Below are positions 18,456-28,664 of a stretch of 64,000 nucleotides of DNA, one piece after another. Both the position numbers and the translations under genes were made by a program. This DNA is from Candidatus Algichlamydia australiensis. Its GTDB lineage: Bacteria; Chlamydiota; Chlamydiia; Chlamydiales; JAJFMI01. The stretch lies in assembly GCA_033977065.1 (NCBI GenBank), contig JAXCHI010000002.1, positions 96,001 through 160,000 on the forward strand. The letters are read 5' to 3'. Numbering within the stretch: the first letter of the stretch is position 1; each line of letters starts with the position of its first letter. Under the pieces are notes generated by a model. That model searched no databases. It was not told where the DNA came from and saw nothing but the letters and a program-made list of their open reading frames with translations.

Positions 18456-20065
18456 AGAAGCTGACCTCGTTTCTCAAGTTCTTGCTCTAGAGAGTTGATT
18501 TCATCTCCATGAAGAGAGAGATAGACTTTGATTTTAGGCTCTGTTCCTGAAGGTCTTAAGATAATGCGACTTTTATCTTCTAAGTAGAAAAGAAGCACAT
18601 TGGATTTAGGAAGTGGAGTCTCACCCAAATAATCAATACTTTTCACAACTTTTTTTCCAAAAAATTCTTTTGGTAATTCTCTTCGTATCTTTTCGACAGT
18701 TCCACTTTTTAATGGGAAAGAAAATACTTTTTCACGATAGACTCCAAACTGCTTGTAAATCGCAAGTAAAGCATCATAGAGTGTTTTCCCTTCGCGCTTT
18801 AATTTAAGAGCGATTTCACTCACAAGACAAGCCATCACAGTTGCATCTTTATCGCGACAGTGTGTGCCGATAAGATAGCCCATCGACTCTTCAGCTCCAA
18901 ATAGAAAAGTATGAGAGCCATCTTCCCACTCTCGAATTTTTTCGCCAATGTATTTAAATCCTGTTAGAACTTCAAAAGAGGCTACACCAAAAGATTTTGC
19001 TAATTCGCTAAAAAGTTTTGTTGTCACGATTGTTGTGACGCATGCGCCATTTTTAGGAGGAGGTCTTGAAGAGAGGATGTGGTGCAGGCAGATCACAGCC
19101 AATTCATTCCCATTTAATCGAATGACCTTATCATGATGCAAAATAGCTACACCGATGCGGTCTGCATCGGGATCATTTGCAATAAGAAGGTCAAGGCCAA
19201 GCTTTTTTAATTGTGTTGTCCCAAGTTTAAGCCCCTCTTCTGATTCTGGATTAGGGGATTGTGTCGTGGGAAAATTTCCATCAGGAACACACTGCTCTTT
19301 GACAAGTGTAACATTTGTAAATCCCCAATTTTCTAATGCCTTTGGTGTGAGCGTAATCCCAGATCCATGCAAAGATGTGTAAAGAATATTTAACTCACTC
19401 CCATATTTTTGGTTTTCTTTAGGATAAAATGCTAGGGGAGAAATCGCCTGGTAATACTTTTCATACAGATCCTCAGGTGAAGAGAGAATTTTCCCTTCTC
19501 CTTCAAGCTGAACTTGGGAAATATCTACTATCTCTTTTACGGCTTCCACAATAGCAGTATCGTGCGGAGCTACCACTTGTGCACCATCTTGCCAATAGAC
19601 TTTATAACCGTTGTACGGAGGTGGATTGTGCGAGGCAGTGATCATCACAGCAGTATGACACTGAAGTTCTCTACAAGCAAAAGAGGTGAAGGGTGTAGAA
19701 CAGAGCTTATCTGGTAAGAAGACTTCAAAGCCATTTGCGGCTAGAACTTTCGCAGCTTCTCTTGCAAATTCTTTGGAGTGGTGTCGGCTGTCATACCCTA
19801 CAAAGGCTCGTAAAGACGCATTTGGGAAAGCTTTTTGTGCTGCTTTCGCCAAGCCTTGTGTGGCCATTTGAATGGTATAGCGATTCATGCGTGCAGTACC
19901 AACGCCCATGACTTCTCGCATTCCCCCCGTGCCAAATTTCAGAGTTGAGCCAAAGGCTTTTTCTAATTCTTCCGGGTCTTCTTTTTGGCGTCTACGAATC
20001 TCATCCTTTGTCTCATCATCGTAGGGACCCTCAAGCCACTTTTTGATTTCACTACTTGCATCCAT
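18437..20065 (-). CDS. Phosphoglucomutase/phosphomannomutase
   Basis: [35 protein letters not shown]. Confidence 0.93.
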   Translation of the reverse strand: MDASSEIKKWLEGPYDDETKDEIRRRQKEDPEELEKAFGSTLKFGTGGMREVMGVGTARMNRYTIQMATQGLAKAAQKAFPNASLRAFVGYDSRHHSKEFAREAAKVLAANGFEVFLPDKLCSTPFTSFACRELQCHTAVMITASHNPPPYNGYKVYWQDGAQVVAPHDTAIVEAVKEIVDISQVQLEGEGKILSSPEDLYEKYYQAISPLAFYPKENQKYGSELNILYTSLHGSGITLTPKALENWGFTNVTLVKEQCVPDGNFPTTQSPNPESEEGLKLGTTQLKKLGLDLLIANDPDADRIGVAILHHDKVIRLNGNELAVICLHHILSSRPPPKNGACVTTIVTTKLFSELAKSFGVASFEVLTGFKYIGEKIREWEDGSHTFLFGAEESMGYLIGTHCRDKDATVMACLVSEIALKLKREGKTLYDALLAIYKQFGVYREKVFSFPLKSGTVEKIRRELPKEFFGKKVVKSIDYLGETPLPKSNVLLFYLEDKSRIILRPSGTEPKIKVYLSLHGDEINSLEQELEKRGQLLCNLMK

Positions 20066-20111
20066 TCTCCAAAACGTAACAATTTTTCTCTAACCGTGCA
20101 AGCTGCTTAGT

Positions 20112-21068
20112 TCAAAAGGCGCCCTGCTTTTTTGTTTCATTAATGTAAGAGCCAAGTACCACTTTGATTCCGCCAAAAATAATGAGTGCTGACCCAATTA
20201 AAGTAGAGAGAGGGGCGATCTCTCTTGTCATAATCCAACTCAGTACCTCGGTAAAGAAAATCAGTGAATACCCAGCTACGCCGATTACATAGGGCTCTGT
20301 GTAAAAAGCTGATTGGATAAAACAGTAGAGCGCATAGGCAAATGCAATGCCTAAGAAAATAGAAATGACAATCTCTCTTGGATGGGGAAATTGAATCGTA
20401 TCAATAAAATAAAAAATCGATAAAAGGGTTAAGGAGAAGAGACATCCAATTACTCCATGGTAAAAACCGATTCGAGATGTATGGTCTGTTTTGACAATGG
20501 AGTAAGTAATTAAAATAATTACTGCAAGAGAGGCTCCTGAAGTGAGTCCAAAAGCAAAACCTGGAAGATCATTCCAGCCATGATAGTTATTTGTATAGAT
20601 GATACCGACTCCAAAAATAGAGACCGCGATTCCAACCCAGGAGAGTTTGCTAAGCTTGTGCTTGGCAATTAAAAGAAGCAGAACAGCCCAGAGGGGATCA
20701 ATGCTATAGAGAACGCTATGATCGAGAACCTCCGACCAATTTTTTGCAAAGGTGTAGGCATAAAAACTCCCTACTCCTAAAACCCCTCGCAAAATAATCA
20801 ATTTTTTGTTGTTACAGGTAAAAAACTGCAAGCCGTATGGGATACTAAAGAAAAAAAAGACAATGAGGATACCTAGGTGAAAAAAGAAGAAGTTGACAAC
20901 GCCCGGAGATTCATAGAGGGTAACCTGTTCGCTAAGTAGAATCGTGATAAAGGCAACAATGAACCAGCCCATTGTGGCAAGAACAAGTCCGAGATGTCTC
21001 TGCCCTGAATAAGTTGGCGGCATCAGGTGATGACGCCTGATAGCGTGAAAAATCTTTTGAGAATTCAA
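20112..21068 (-). CDS. DMT/EamA family transporter
   Basis: ~10 hydrophobic segments with two-repeat layout; start uncertain. Confidence 0.7.
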   Translation of the reverse strand: MNSQKIFHAIRRHHLMPPTYSGQRHLGLVLATMGWFIVAFITILLSEQVTLYESPGVVNFFFFHLGILIVFFFFSIPYGLQFFTCNNKKLIILRGVLGVGSFYAYTFAKNWSEVLDHSVLYSIDPLWAVLLLLIAKHKLSKLSWVGIAVSIFGVGIIYTNNYHGWNDLPGFAFGLTSGASLAVIILITYSIVKTDHTSRIGFYHGVIGCLFSLTLLSIFYFIDTIQFPHPREIVISIFLGIAFAYALYCFIQSAFYTEPYVIGVAGYSLIFFTEVLSWIMTREIAPLSTLIGSALIIFGGIKVVLGSYINETKKQGAF

Positions 21069-21129
21069 TTTTCAATTCGGTTGTAAAAAATGAACCTTAA
21101 CACAGTCTTGAATTTTTGCTAATAAATTT

Positions 21130-21513
21130 TCAATTAATCGTAAAAATTTCCCCATCGGGGTGGTCAATCCCTTCGCAATAAGAGCGAGCACTCTCCCAAT
21201 CTTTTTTAGAGCGCAAGAGAGAGGGCCAGAAAGGAAAAGTGCGGCACTGCTTAGGTCTTGCAGCGTAAACGGTGCATCGATTCTCTTTTAAAAAGACACA
21301 GTCAAAAGTTGTAGAATCTTCTAGTAACGAGATGCGCTTACCAACTTGTCTTGTATAACGGCGCAGAAAAGCGCTGCGTGAAATTTTTAAATAGGAGATA
21401 AGAGCTTCAATATCTTTTTCCTCGAGCCAGACATAGCCAGGGCTTCCTGTGCAGCAACCTCCACACTCTGTGCATTTGAAGCGCAGTCCACCTGAATACC
21501 AAGGTTTACTCAT
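21130..21513 (-). CDS. YkgJ family cysteine-cluster protein
   Basis: FKCTECGGCC, CVFL, CTVYAARPKQCRTFPFW; start placed at MSKPWY. Confidence 0.88.
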   Translation of the reverse strand: MSKPWYSGGLRFKCTECGGCCTGSPGYVWLEEKDIEALISYLKISRSAFLRRYTRQVGKRISLLEDSTTFDCVFLKENRCTVYAARPKQCRTFPFWPSLLRSKKDWESARSYCEGIDHPDGEIFTIN

Positions 21514-22385
21514 AAAGAGAACTTCTCCTCTTGAACACAATTCCAATTTGTTCCGTGGCGGCAAGTAGATTCGAAGACCTCTATTTTTGCACTCTTTTCA
21601 TCCAGCTCAAGGAGGTTCCAAGAACCGTGTGTAGCGTGAGAAGTGCTTCCACTATCTAAGACGATAGGGAGCTGATCGCCGCGTAGATCGGCAATAACAC
21701 GCCTATGAGTATGCCCGTGGAGATAAAAAAGAATATTGGGTGTTTCGCGTAGCAATCCTTCTAAGCGCTTTCCACCTATCAAGCGGCGCTTATAAGAGTC
21801 ATTACAGAAGAAGGGAAAGTGATTCAACATAAGAATCTTTGCATCATTAGGAATTTTTTTGAGAATTCCGCGCAAATTTGCCTCAATTGATTCAGAAAAA
21901 TCTCCTGTTGCATCGATAAAAGGGGTGTACATAGTGGTATCAAGCGTTACTACCCAGTAATAACTTGTAAGGGGAAAAGCGCTAACGCGATCCATTTTGA
22001 TTGCATTTTCTGGAACGGGTTGAGGAATTTCTTCATAAAAAGCGCGGCGCTTTACGGCACCTTTTGTATAGTGGTCGTGATTACCTGGAATCATCACAAC
22101 ACGGAAATTTTTCTTTCTAAACTCATCAATGAGTTTACGGGCAAGATGGTACTCGCTCTTTTGCGATGTAGTGGTAAAGTCGCCGGTAATAAAAATGTCT
22201 GTAATTTTCTTTTTTTCAAAGAAGTCAGGGAGAGAAAAGGGCTTGTCGTTGAGATAGATACGTCCTCGTTTCAAGAGAAGGTTCGCATTTCCCAAAAGGC
22301 GTTTTGAAAAAATCTGCAGGGGATTTAAGCAAATTTTTGAAAAGTGCAAATCAGAGATATGTGCAATGCGAATCGGGCCCTTCAT
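21510..22385 (-). CDS. Calcineurin-like metallophosphoesterase
   Basis: HISDLH, TGD, PGNHD, HGHTH. Confidence 0.9.
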   Translation of the reverse strand: MKGPIRIAHISDLHFSKICLNPLQIFSKRLLGNANLLLKRGRIYLNDKPFSLPDFFEKKKITDIFITGDFTTTSQKSEYHLARKLIDEFRKKNFRVVMIPGNHDHYTKGAVKRRAFYEEIPQPVPENAIKMDRVSAFPLTSYYWVVTLDTTMYTPFIDATGDFSESIEANLRGILKKIPNDAKILMLNHFPFFCNDSYKRRLIGGKRLEGLLRETPNILFYLHGHTHRRVIADLRGDQLPIVLDSGSTSHATHGSWNLLELDEKSAKIEVFESTCRHGTNWNCVQEEKFSL

Positions 22386-22611
22386 AGAAGAGCCATTCTA
22401 TCACATTACTTCTTTTTGAGAGCTATGTAATAATTGAACTGTAACAAACGAATCATAGAGCAATTTTGTTGTTAATTGTGATATGGGATTCGATCAAGTT
22501 TCTAGTTCTTTTGATTCAAAGTAATTATAGACTTTCTGTGAGTTAGCTTTCGCATAAAAGCAAACTATAAGCCTGCAAAATAATTTCTTCATAGCGATTT
22601 AACGATACTAT

Positions 22612-22914
22612 CTAGCATTTTGTTTGAGTATTGGGCGACCGGGGAGGGAGTTGGCTCATCTGGAGAACATATTCGTCTACCCTTTTTAAAAGATTCTCTC
22701 TGAATTCTACTGCCTCATCTAAGAGTTTTATATTATTATTAGCCGTTTCTTTGGATTCAGAAAATTCTTCAATGGCTTCTAGGGCTTTTTTGAACCTATT
22801 AAATATTTCTTCTGATCTGTTTAGTACTTCTTCTTTAGTAATGTTTCTCACAAAAATTTTTTCTTGCATCTGAGAAAAGAACTCACTTAGTGTCACGGAC
22901 GTAGTTGTATGCAT
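22612..22914 (-). CDS. Hypothetical helical protein coupled to the upstream kinase-like gene
   Basis: 100-aa ORF starting 1 nt after the stop at 22916. Confidence 0.55.
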   Translation of the reverse strand: MHTTTSVTLSEFFSQMQEKIFVRNITKEEVLNRSEEIFNRFKKALEAIEEFSESKETANNNIKLLDEAVEFRENLLKRVDEYVLQMSQLPPRSPNTQTKC

Positions 22915-22915
22915 T

Positions 22916-24076
22916 TTATCCCCTTTTCATTTTTATCGCTCCGCTGTGAGAGCATCTTATCCAATTTTCTTCTAAATGTAAATGAAAAACTGGTATTTCA
23001 ATTACTTGTGGGGGATTTGTGAGTTCTTTTGATCTTTGTAATTCAAAATTTATTTTTTCTGTAGCATTCTCTTCCTCAAATAAATTATTAATTTTATCTC
23101 GAATCATTTCGATCGAAGGATTATCTTTTTCATCTAATTCTAAAATTTTATTTTTAATTAAAAAATTTGAAAACAATAGAATGTGATAATCATAAACATT
23201 ATCTGGTGTATTTAATCGAAAGTTGCCAACTTTAGTAATTGGATTAAACATTTTCCACGCTCTCCATTCATCTTCATCAAGTAAAATTAGATTTTGATAT
23301 TTATCCGTTCCACAAAAAATTAGTCTTGTTGGTATAGATTTTAACTCTTTAATGAACTTATTGGCCAGAGAATCAACAATATCTTTTTTTTGTTTTTCAA
23401 TTTTTTTTTCTACTCCTTCCATTAAAGAATTCAAATTTTTAGAGGATTTTGTGCAAAAAATTTCTGCGTCGATAAAATAAAGATACCCTTTCTCATCAAT
23501 TAGAAAATTATCTTGATGCGTGTCTTCAAATCCAAATCTTGCCAAGGTATAAATCAAATTAATATTTTCTTTTTTTGCGTTTTCTTCACTCAGAAGCTCA
23601 ACTAATTGCACTTCTAAATTCTCCCCTCTTTGGCAAAGATGCTCTCCCACAATAAAACCGTCGTAACCATATTGTTCACAGTTTAGTATTGGTCTGGGTT
23701 CTTTTTTGTTTAAATCTTTCAGAAAATTTTCTAAATGTATTTCAGGTGCTAAACTTCGTGGTTTGTAGACGACTTTGGAGAAATTGCCATTACTATCATA
23801 GAAAGTAATATAAAGTGCTACCTTGCCGCCGTAGTGGCGTTCTTTGCCAGCAATTGAGATTTCAAGGTTTTCTATAGATCCGAGATCTTTTTTTATAAAA
23901 AACGTATCTACAATTTTTTCGTAATCATTTTTGAGGTTTTCTTGAACTTCTTGGAAAAATGCTTCGGATAGAGTTTCAGGATTTAGGGCATTCTCAATTG
24001 CTGTGAAAAAATCAGTTTTTCTGTTTTCGAGAATAAGGTATTCATTAAGTCTATTTGGCCTGATTGGTGATGTCAT
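22916..24076 (-). CDS. Stand-alone LanM-dehydratase-like (DUF4135-type) kinase-fold protein
   Basis: ERHYGGK, KVVYKPRSLAPE, YGYDGFI, EDTHQDNFLI, FIDAE in the order seen in the LanM N-terminal domain; very AT-rich. Confidence 0.65.
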   Translation of the reverse strand: MTSPIRPNRLNEYLILENRKTDFFTAIENALNPETLSEAFFQEVQENLKNDYEKIVDTFFIKKDLGSIENLEISIAGKERHYGGKVALYITFYDSNGNFSKVVYKPRSLAPEIHLENFLKDLNKKEPRPILNCEQYGYDGFIVGEHLCQRGENLEVQLVELLSEENAKKENINLIYTLARFGFEDTHQDNFLIDEKGYLYFIDAEIFCTKSSKNLNSLMEGVEKKIEKQKKDIVDSLANKFIKELKSIPTRLIFCGTDKYQNLILLDEDEWRAWKMFNPITKVGNFRLNTPDNVYDYHILLFSNFLIKNKILELDEKDNPSIEMIRDKINNLFEEENATEKINFELQRSKELTNPPQVIEIPVFHLHLEENWIRCSHSGAIKMKRG

Positions 24077-24230
24077 TAATTAAATATTTTATTTTATTTT
24101 TAAAATAAAATATTTAATCTGTCAACAAGTGTAAGACCTATAAGCTATTCTTTAAATAACTAAAGCTGTTCCCCTAAAAATATGTAAAAAAACGCAGTAA
24201 TGAGTACCGCCAATTTTATTATAACTCTTT

Positions 24231-24614
24231 TTAACGTTTTTTCATGACTTTGTTTACAAGACGTTTACCGTGATCGATGGTTTGTTTTCGCACGACCTCC
24301 ATCCAACGGGTTCCCTCAAAGTGGATGTGTTCTGGCTCTGTTTCGTATTCGACTTCATTGCTATTTTGTCTCTTTGAGCGCTTCTTTTTAAATAGCTTTG
24401 CCTTTTTACGGCGCATGCCTTTTTTCATGGAGTCAATCTCTTGGGAGAGATGTTTTTCAAGAGCTGCTTTTTTTGGATCGAGGCTAGGTTTTTGGTAGTG
24501 TTTCTCAATATTTTCCAAGTTATGTGGTTCAGAGTCAGGAGTGTAGGGGGGCTTCATGTTCTGACGAACAAGTTTATTACGTTTATGATTATATTTATGT
24601 GGAGAATTTTTCAT
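24231..24614 (-). CDS. Hypothetical basic protein
   Basis: 127-aa Lys/Arg-rich ORF with AGGTG upstream. Confidence 0.6.
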   Translation of the reverse strand: MKNSPHKYNHKRNKLVRQNMKPPYTPDSEPHNLENIEKHYQKPSLDPKKAALEKHLSQEIDSMKKGMRRKKAKLFKKKRSKRQNSNEVEYETEPEHIHFEGTRWMEVVRKQTIDHGKRLVNKVMKKR

Positions 24615-24644
24615 AATAACACCTATTTCTATTCTATTATTTAA

Positions 24645-25499
24645 TTAATTAGTAAATAATTTCAAGAAGTTAGTTAAAACTTTCTGAACAGAAATAAGTT
24701 TTTTCCACTGCTCTTCTCGATAGCGCTTGGGGTAGAGTTTTGAGGGAAGTACTACATGATTTGTGTAAAAGCTTGGGCGCCAAAGAGAAATGTGCTGATG
24801 ACGATTGGAGAGAGTGAGAGTAGGAATTCTAAGTGCAGAGGCTAAATGTCCTAAACCTGAGTCATTTCCAATAAAACTCCCTGATTCATAGAGAAATGCC
24901 GCTGTTTCGGAAAGGTTCGCTAAGTGAGGAGTCTCATAGCCCCAATTCTCCCACTCCTCTTGCGACATCACAAACTGCGGATCAAATCCGCGCTTTTTGA
25001 GTTCCTCGGCAAGTTTTAGAAATTTTTCTTTAGGCCAGTTGCGAAAATTTTCACGGCTCGTGGGGTGAATCGCTACTCGCGTAGTATATTTTTTATGTAC
25101 GAGATTTGACGGAGGAATAAGGCCGCTTTTGCATGGCATGGAAAGGGTCTTGGATAGACTCGTGGCAATAGGAGCATTCGTTCCGAGGTAAAAATCCTGC
25201 GAGCGAATTGCGGGGTGTTTTTTCTCTTCGTGGTTGTGATAGAGAATATGGACATGTTCAAGACTTCGGAATTTTTCTGCGCGTGGGGCGTTTTCATTTT
25301 GGTAAAAAATGCATTCGTAGTCTGTTTGGATTGCATTTCCAGGTTTAAGAATAAATTCAGGTAACCAGGGAGAAAGGGAGGGGAGAATGTTGTGATAAAT
25401 CGTTGTCTGAAAACCCTGTTTTTTTAGATAGTTTGCAGCGATCAACATGATAATGCCATCGCCTAAACCTTTACAGGGAATGAGCGCAGCACGTTTCAT
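24645..25499 (-). CDS. Glycosyltransferase family 9 (heptosyltransferase-like)
   Basis: GLGD, AIHPTS..RNWP, FIGNDSGLGHLASAL. Confidence 0.88.
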   Translation of the reverse strand: MKRAALIPCKGLGDGIIMLIAANYLKKQGFQTTIYHNILPSLSPWLPEFILKPGNAIQTDYECIFYQNENAPRAEKFRSLEHVHILYHNHEEKKHPAIRSQDFYLGTNAPIATSLSKTLSMPCKSGLIPPSNLVHKKYTTRVAIHPTSRENFRNWPKEKFLKLAEELKKRGFDPQFVMSQEEWENWGYETPHLANLSETAAFLYESGSFIGNDSGLGHLASALRIPTLTLSNRHQHISLWRPSFYTNHVVLPSKLYPKRYREEQWKKLISVQKVLTNFLKLFTN

Positions 25500-26388
25500 A
25501 AAACTTAAGGAATTTTTTTGTTACAACTCTCACGGGCAAGAACGCTTGCCAGCAGTTTTCGCGCATGCGAAAACCCATGCCCTTGAAATTGGGTAGAGGA
25601 AAGGGGAGTGTGGCGATTTCATTAATGGTGAAATCGGGCCGCCAGAGCAGAACTCTTTTTTTATTCCCTGAAATCGTAAAGGTAGGGATACCAAGATTGG
25701 ATGCGAGGTGACCAATGCCAGAATCATTGCCGATAAGAGCGCCTGATTCGTAGATGTGGGCGGCCGTCTCATGTAGGTTTGCAAAATAGGGGAGAGAAAT
25801 TCCTTCTTCTTCGACAAATTCCCAATAAGGGCGCTCATCTGGACTTGTGGCAAAGCTGATTGTAAATCCTTTTTTTTGTAGACGCCTTGCGAGTTCTACA
25901 AACTGTTTTGGTAACCAGTTGCGTTTTATATCTGCTGAGGTGGGGTGAATCACAATCTGTTTTTTGTTTTTGCGAAAGGTTCCTTGAGGCAGCGCAATCC
26001 CGTTTTCTCGGCCCACTTTTTTCTGTAAAATATGGCTTAAAGCATTTTGTAGGTTTGTTGCAACAGGGGTTTTAGAATCGAAAAGATAATCTTGGGGCTG
26101 CATCGCTTTGCATGGTGTGGGAAAAAGAAAGCGGAGTGCCGGATATTTTCTTCTATTGCGTAAAAGTTCCCAAGCGCGTTTTGAGTTGTCATTCAAAACA
26201 AGAATCAGGTCAGCATCAAGACTCTCTTCTGGGAAGCAAATTTTTCTATTGGGGAAAAGGGGAATGAGCAGATCCGCTTTTTCATGGTAGAGCGTGGTCT
26301 CATATCTCGCTTGTTGCAATTGATGATGGGCAATCATCATCAATAATCCATCGCCGATTCCGTTTGGGGAGAGAAGAAGCGCTTTCAC
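25471..26388 (-). CDS. Glycosyltransferase family 9 (heptosyltransferase-like), paralog
   Basis: GIGD, VIHPTS..RNWL, LIGNDSGIGHLASNL. Confidence 0.88.
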   Translation of the reverse strand: MKALLLSPNGIGDGLLMMIAHHQLQQARYETTLYHEKADLLIPLFPNRKICFPEESLDADLILVLNDNSKRAWELLRNRRKYPALRFLFPTPCKAMQPQDYLFDSKTPVATNLQNALSHILQKKVGRENGIALPQGTFRKNKKQIVIHPTSADIKRNWLPKQFVELARRLQKKGFTISFATSPDERPYWEFVEEEGISLPYFANLHETAAHIYESGALIGNDSGIGHLASNLGIPTFTISGNKKRVLLWRPDFTINEIATLPFPLPNFKGMGFRMRENCWQAFLPVRVVTKKFLKFYETCCAHSL

Positions 26389-27947
26389 AACTCCTCTTCT
26401 TCTGCCTCTCCAATCAACGCTTCAGAGCGCCAAATAACACTTGCTGCTGAGGCGCTACTTTTTAGAGATTCCATCACAACTTTTGCAGGATCTAAAACTC
26501 CGGCATGAATCAAATCTTCCATCTGACCATTTTTGGCGTTGAACCCAAAGGCCCCTTCATGCGATTTAGCTTCGTGAAGAAGAGGAGCTGCCTCATATCC
26601 TGAGTTCTCTACAATTTGGCGGAAGGGGGCTTCACACGCTTTTGCTAAAATCGTAGCACCTATCTGCTCATCAGCAGAAAGACCCAATTCACCTATGCTA
26701 TCTGCGGCGCGCAGAAGTGCAATCCCTCCACCCACAACAATGCCTTCTTCGATAGCTGCACGAGTAGCGTTTAAACTATCTTGAAAACGCTGTTTAATCG
26801 CTTTCATTTCAGGTTCTGTTGGTGCTCCTACCTCAATTACAACAACTCCACCCAAAAGTTTTGCCTTGCGTTTCTCTAATTTCTCTTTTTCAAAAGAAAC
26901 TTCGGTACTTTGCAGTGCGTGATCAATCTCTGCTGCTCTATCGACAGGATTGCCCGCTCCGCCTAAAATTAGGGTGCGATCTTTTGTGATTTCAATGCGG
27001 CTTGCTGATCCTAAAACATCGACGTCTGCTGTTTTAAGTTGCATGCCCTTCTCTTCAGAAACAGAAGTAGCCCCAGTAAGAGCAGCTAGGTCTTCAAGCT
27101 GCGCTTTGCGCTCCTCTCCAAATCCTGGTGCCTTGATTGCGGCAATACGAAGAGAGCCTCGCAGACGATTGATGACAAGAGTAGAAAGAGCATCACCCTC
27201 AATATCCTCTGCAATAATCAGTAATGGCTGTCCCGATCCAGAAATCGCTTGCAAGATGGGTAAAATCTCTTGCACAGAAGAGATCTTTTTATCGGTGATT
27301 AAGATTTTGGGATTTTCTAAAACTGCTTTAAGATCTTCGGTGCAAAAGTGGCGAGAGAGGTAGCCGCGGTCAATCTCTAAGCCTTCAACAGTTTTGATTT
27401 CACTTGAAGTGCCGCGTCCCTCTTCAATAGTAATGACTCCCTCTTTGCCCGCTTTTTCAAAGGCTTTTGCAATCATCTCACCAATTTCTTGATTTCCCGA
27501 TGCTGAAACGGTGGCAATCGATGCAATCTGTTTTTCAATTTGAGTAGCGTTTGCGTGCACATTTTCTACAATGGCATCTAAAGCTTTTTCCATACCACGC
27601 AGCAAAAGAGTAGGACTGTGACCAGCAGCAATTTGTTTAACTCCTTCAGAGGCCAAACTATCTAGAAGAATAAGGCCTGTCGTGGTTCCATCACCGCAGC
27701 GATCTTTAATTTTTTGCGCAACTTCTTTTCCAAGGGAGATTCCCATATTGTAGTACTGATCGCGATCTTCGATCTCATCGACAATACTGCCGCCATCATC
27801 TGTAATTTTAGGGGCTCCCCATGAGACATCAAGTCCTACAGATCGACCTTTTGGCCCAAGAGTGGGAGCGACAACGTCGCGTAACTTTTTTACACCTTTT
27901 TTCAGTTTTTCTCTCGCTTCTTCTTCAAACAGAATTTCTTTGGCCAT
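26385..27947 (-). CDS. groEL: Chaperonin GroEL, divergent paralog (GroEL3-like position)
   Basis: TLGPKGR, GDGTTT, KAPGFG; no GGM tail; near murF as in chlamydiae. Confidence 0.92.
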   Translation of the reverse strand: MAKEILFEEEAREKLKKGVKKLRDVVAPTLGPKGRSVGLDVSWGAPKITDDGGSIVDEIEDRDQYYNMGISLGKEVAQKIKDRCGDGTTTGLILLDSLASEGVKQIAAGHSPTLLLRGMEKALDAIVENVHANATQIEKQIASIATVSASGNQEIGEMIAKAFEKAGKEGVITIEEGRGTSSEIKTVEGLEIDRGYLSRHFCTEDLKAVLENPKILITDKKISSVQEILPILQAISGSGQPLLIIAEDIEGDALSTLVINRLRGSLRIAAIKAPGFGEERKAQLEDLAALTGATSVSEEKGMQLKTADVDVLGSASRIEITKDRTLILGGAGNPVDRAAEIDHALQSTEVSFEKEKLEKRKAKLLGGVVVIEVGAPTEPEMKAIKQRFQDSLNATRAAIEEGIVVGGGIALLRAADSIGELGLSADEQIGATILAKACEAPFRQIVENSGYEAAPLLHEAKSHEGAFGFNAKNGQMEDLIHAGVLDPAKVVMESLKSSASAASVIWRSEALIGEAEEEEL

Positions 27948-28054
27948 TCAATCTCCTCCTGAATGAAGAAGATACTAAAATTGGAGGAAATAGGCAAATT
28001 TTTCCTATTTTCCTCATTTCTTTAGTAAAGTATATTAAAAATAGAGGGAGTTCT

Positions 28055-28663
28055 ATGCGTATTTTTGTTTTTTGTTTGTTTTTTTTAGTTTCTGTTTTTG
28101 CAACAGAGGTAAAAAACTTCGAATCATATAAAAGTGAATATATAACGATTAAAAAAGAGCTTTCCTCCCTTTGTGGTGAAGCAGAACTTTTGGAGAAGCG
28201 CTACAAAGAGTATGCGCAAGAATTTGCAAGTGAGTTAGAGGCCGCAGAGGTGAAATTCACACAAATCCAAGAAGAGATGGTTCGCCTTCGAAAGAGCCCT
28301 GCCCTCGGGTTTGAAGGTCGCAGAAATGAGAATCAGTACATCGAGAATAAAAAAGCAATTGTCACAGTAAGAAAACAACTTATCTATCTGCAAAACAAAG
28401 GAAAGAAAAAACTAGAATCTTACAAAACAGCCTTGCAGGAGACGCAAAAGCGCATGCAGTATCTTGAGAAGCGCCAAGCAGAAATTAAAACCCATCTTTA
28501 CGAGAGTGTTGACTTAGCGCAAAAAGAGATGATTGCTTCAAAAAAAGCACTGCTTTCAGCTCTTAAGTCACGAAAAACAGGACTCGAGACCTACCAAGAG
28601 GCGTATCAGAATGCGTTGCAAAATTATAGGTCAATAAAAGAAAAAATCGACTCTTATTTGTAA
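28055..28663 (+). CDS. Secreted coiled-coil hypothetical protein
   Basis: GAGGGAG RBS then MRIFVFCLFFLVSVFA signal peptide; heptad-rich body. Confidence 0.7.
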   Translation: MRIFVFCLFFLVSVFATEVKNFESYKSEYITIKKELSSLCGEAELLEKRYKEYAQEFASELEAAEVKFTQIQEEMVRLRKSPALGFEGRRNENQYIENKKAIVTVRKQLIYLQNKGKKKLESYKTALQETQKRMQYLEKRQAEIKTHLYESVDLAQKEMIASKKALLSALKSRKTGLETYQEAYQNALQNYRSIKEKIDSYL

Positions 28664-28664
28664 C

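Noticed and set aside
22425..22600. Additional hairpin element in this intergenic region
   Set aside because: Only weak, patchy complementarity; cannot be supported by eye
22612..24614. Lanthipeptide biosynthetic cluster
   Set aside because: No cyclase domain, double-glycine precursor or transporter
27948..28054. CIRCE operator upstream of groEL; extension of the + strand ORF to 27821
   Set aside because: The imperfect inverted repeat does not match TTAGCACTC-N9-GAGTGCTAA; RBS and signal peptide support the start at 28055
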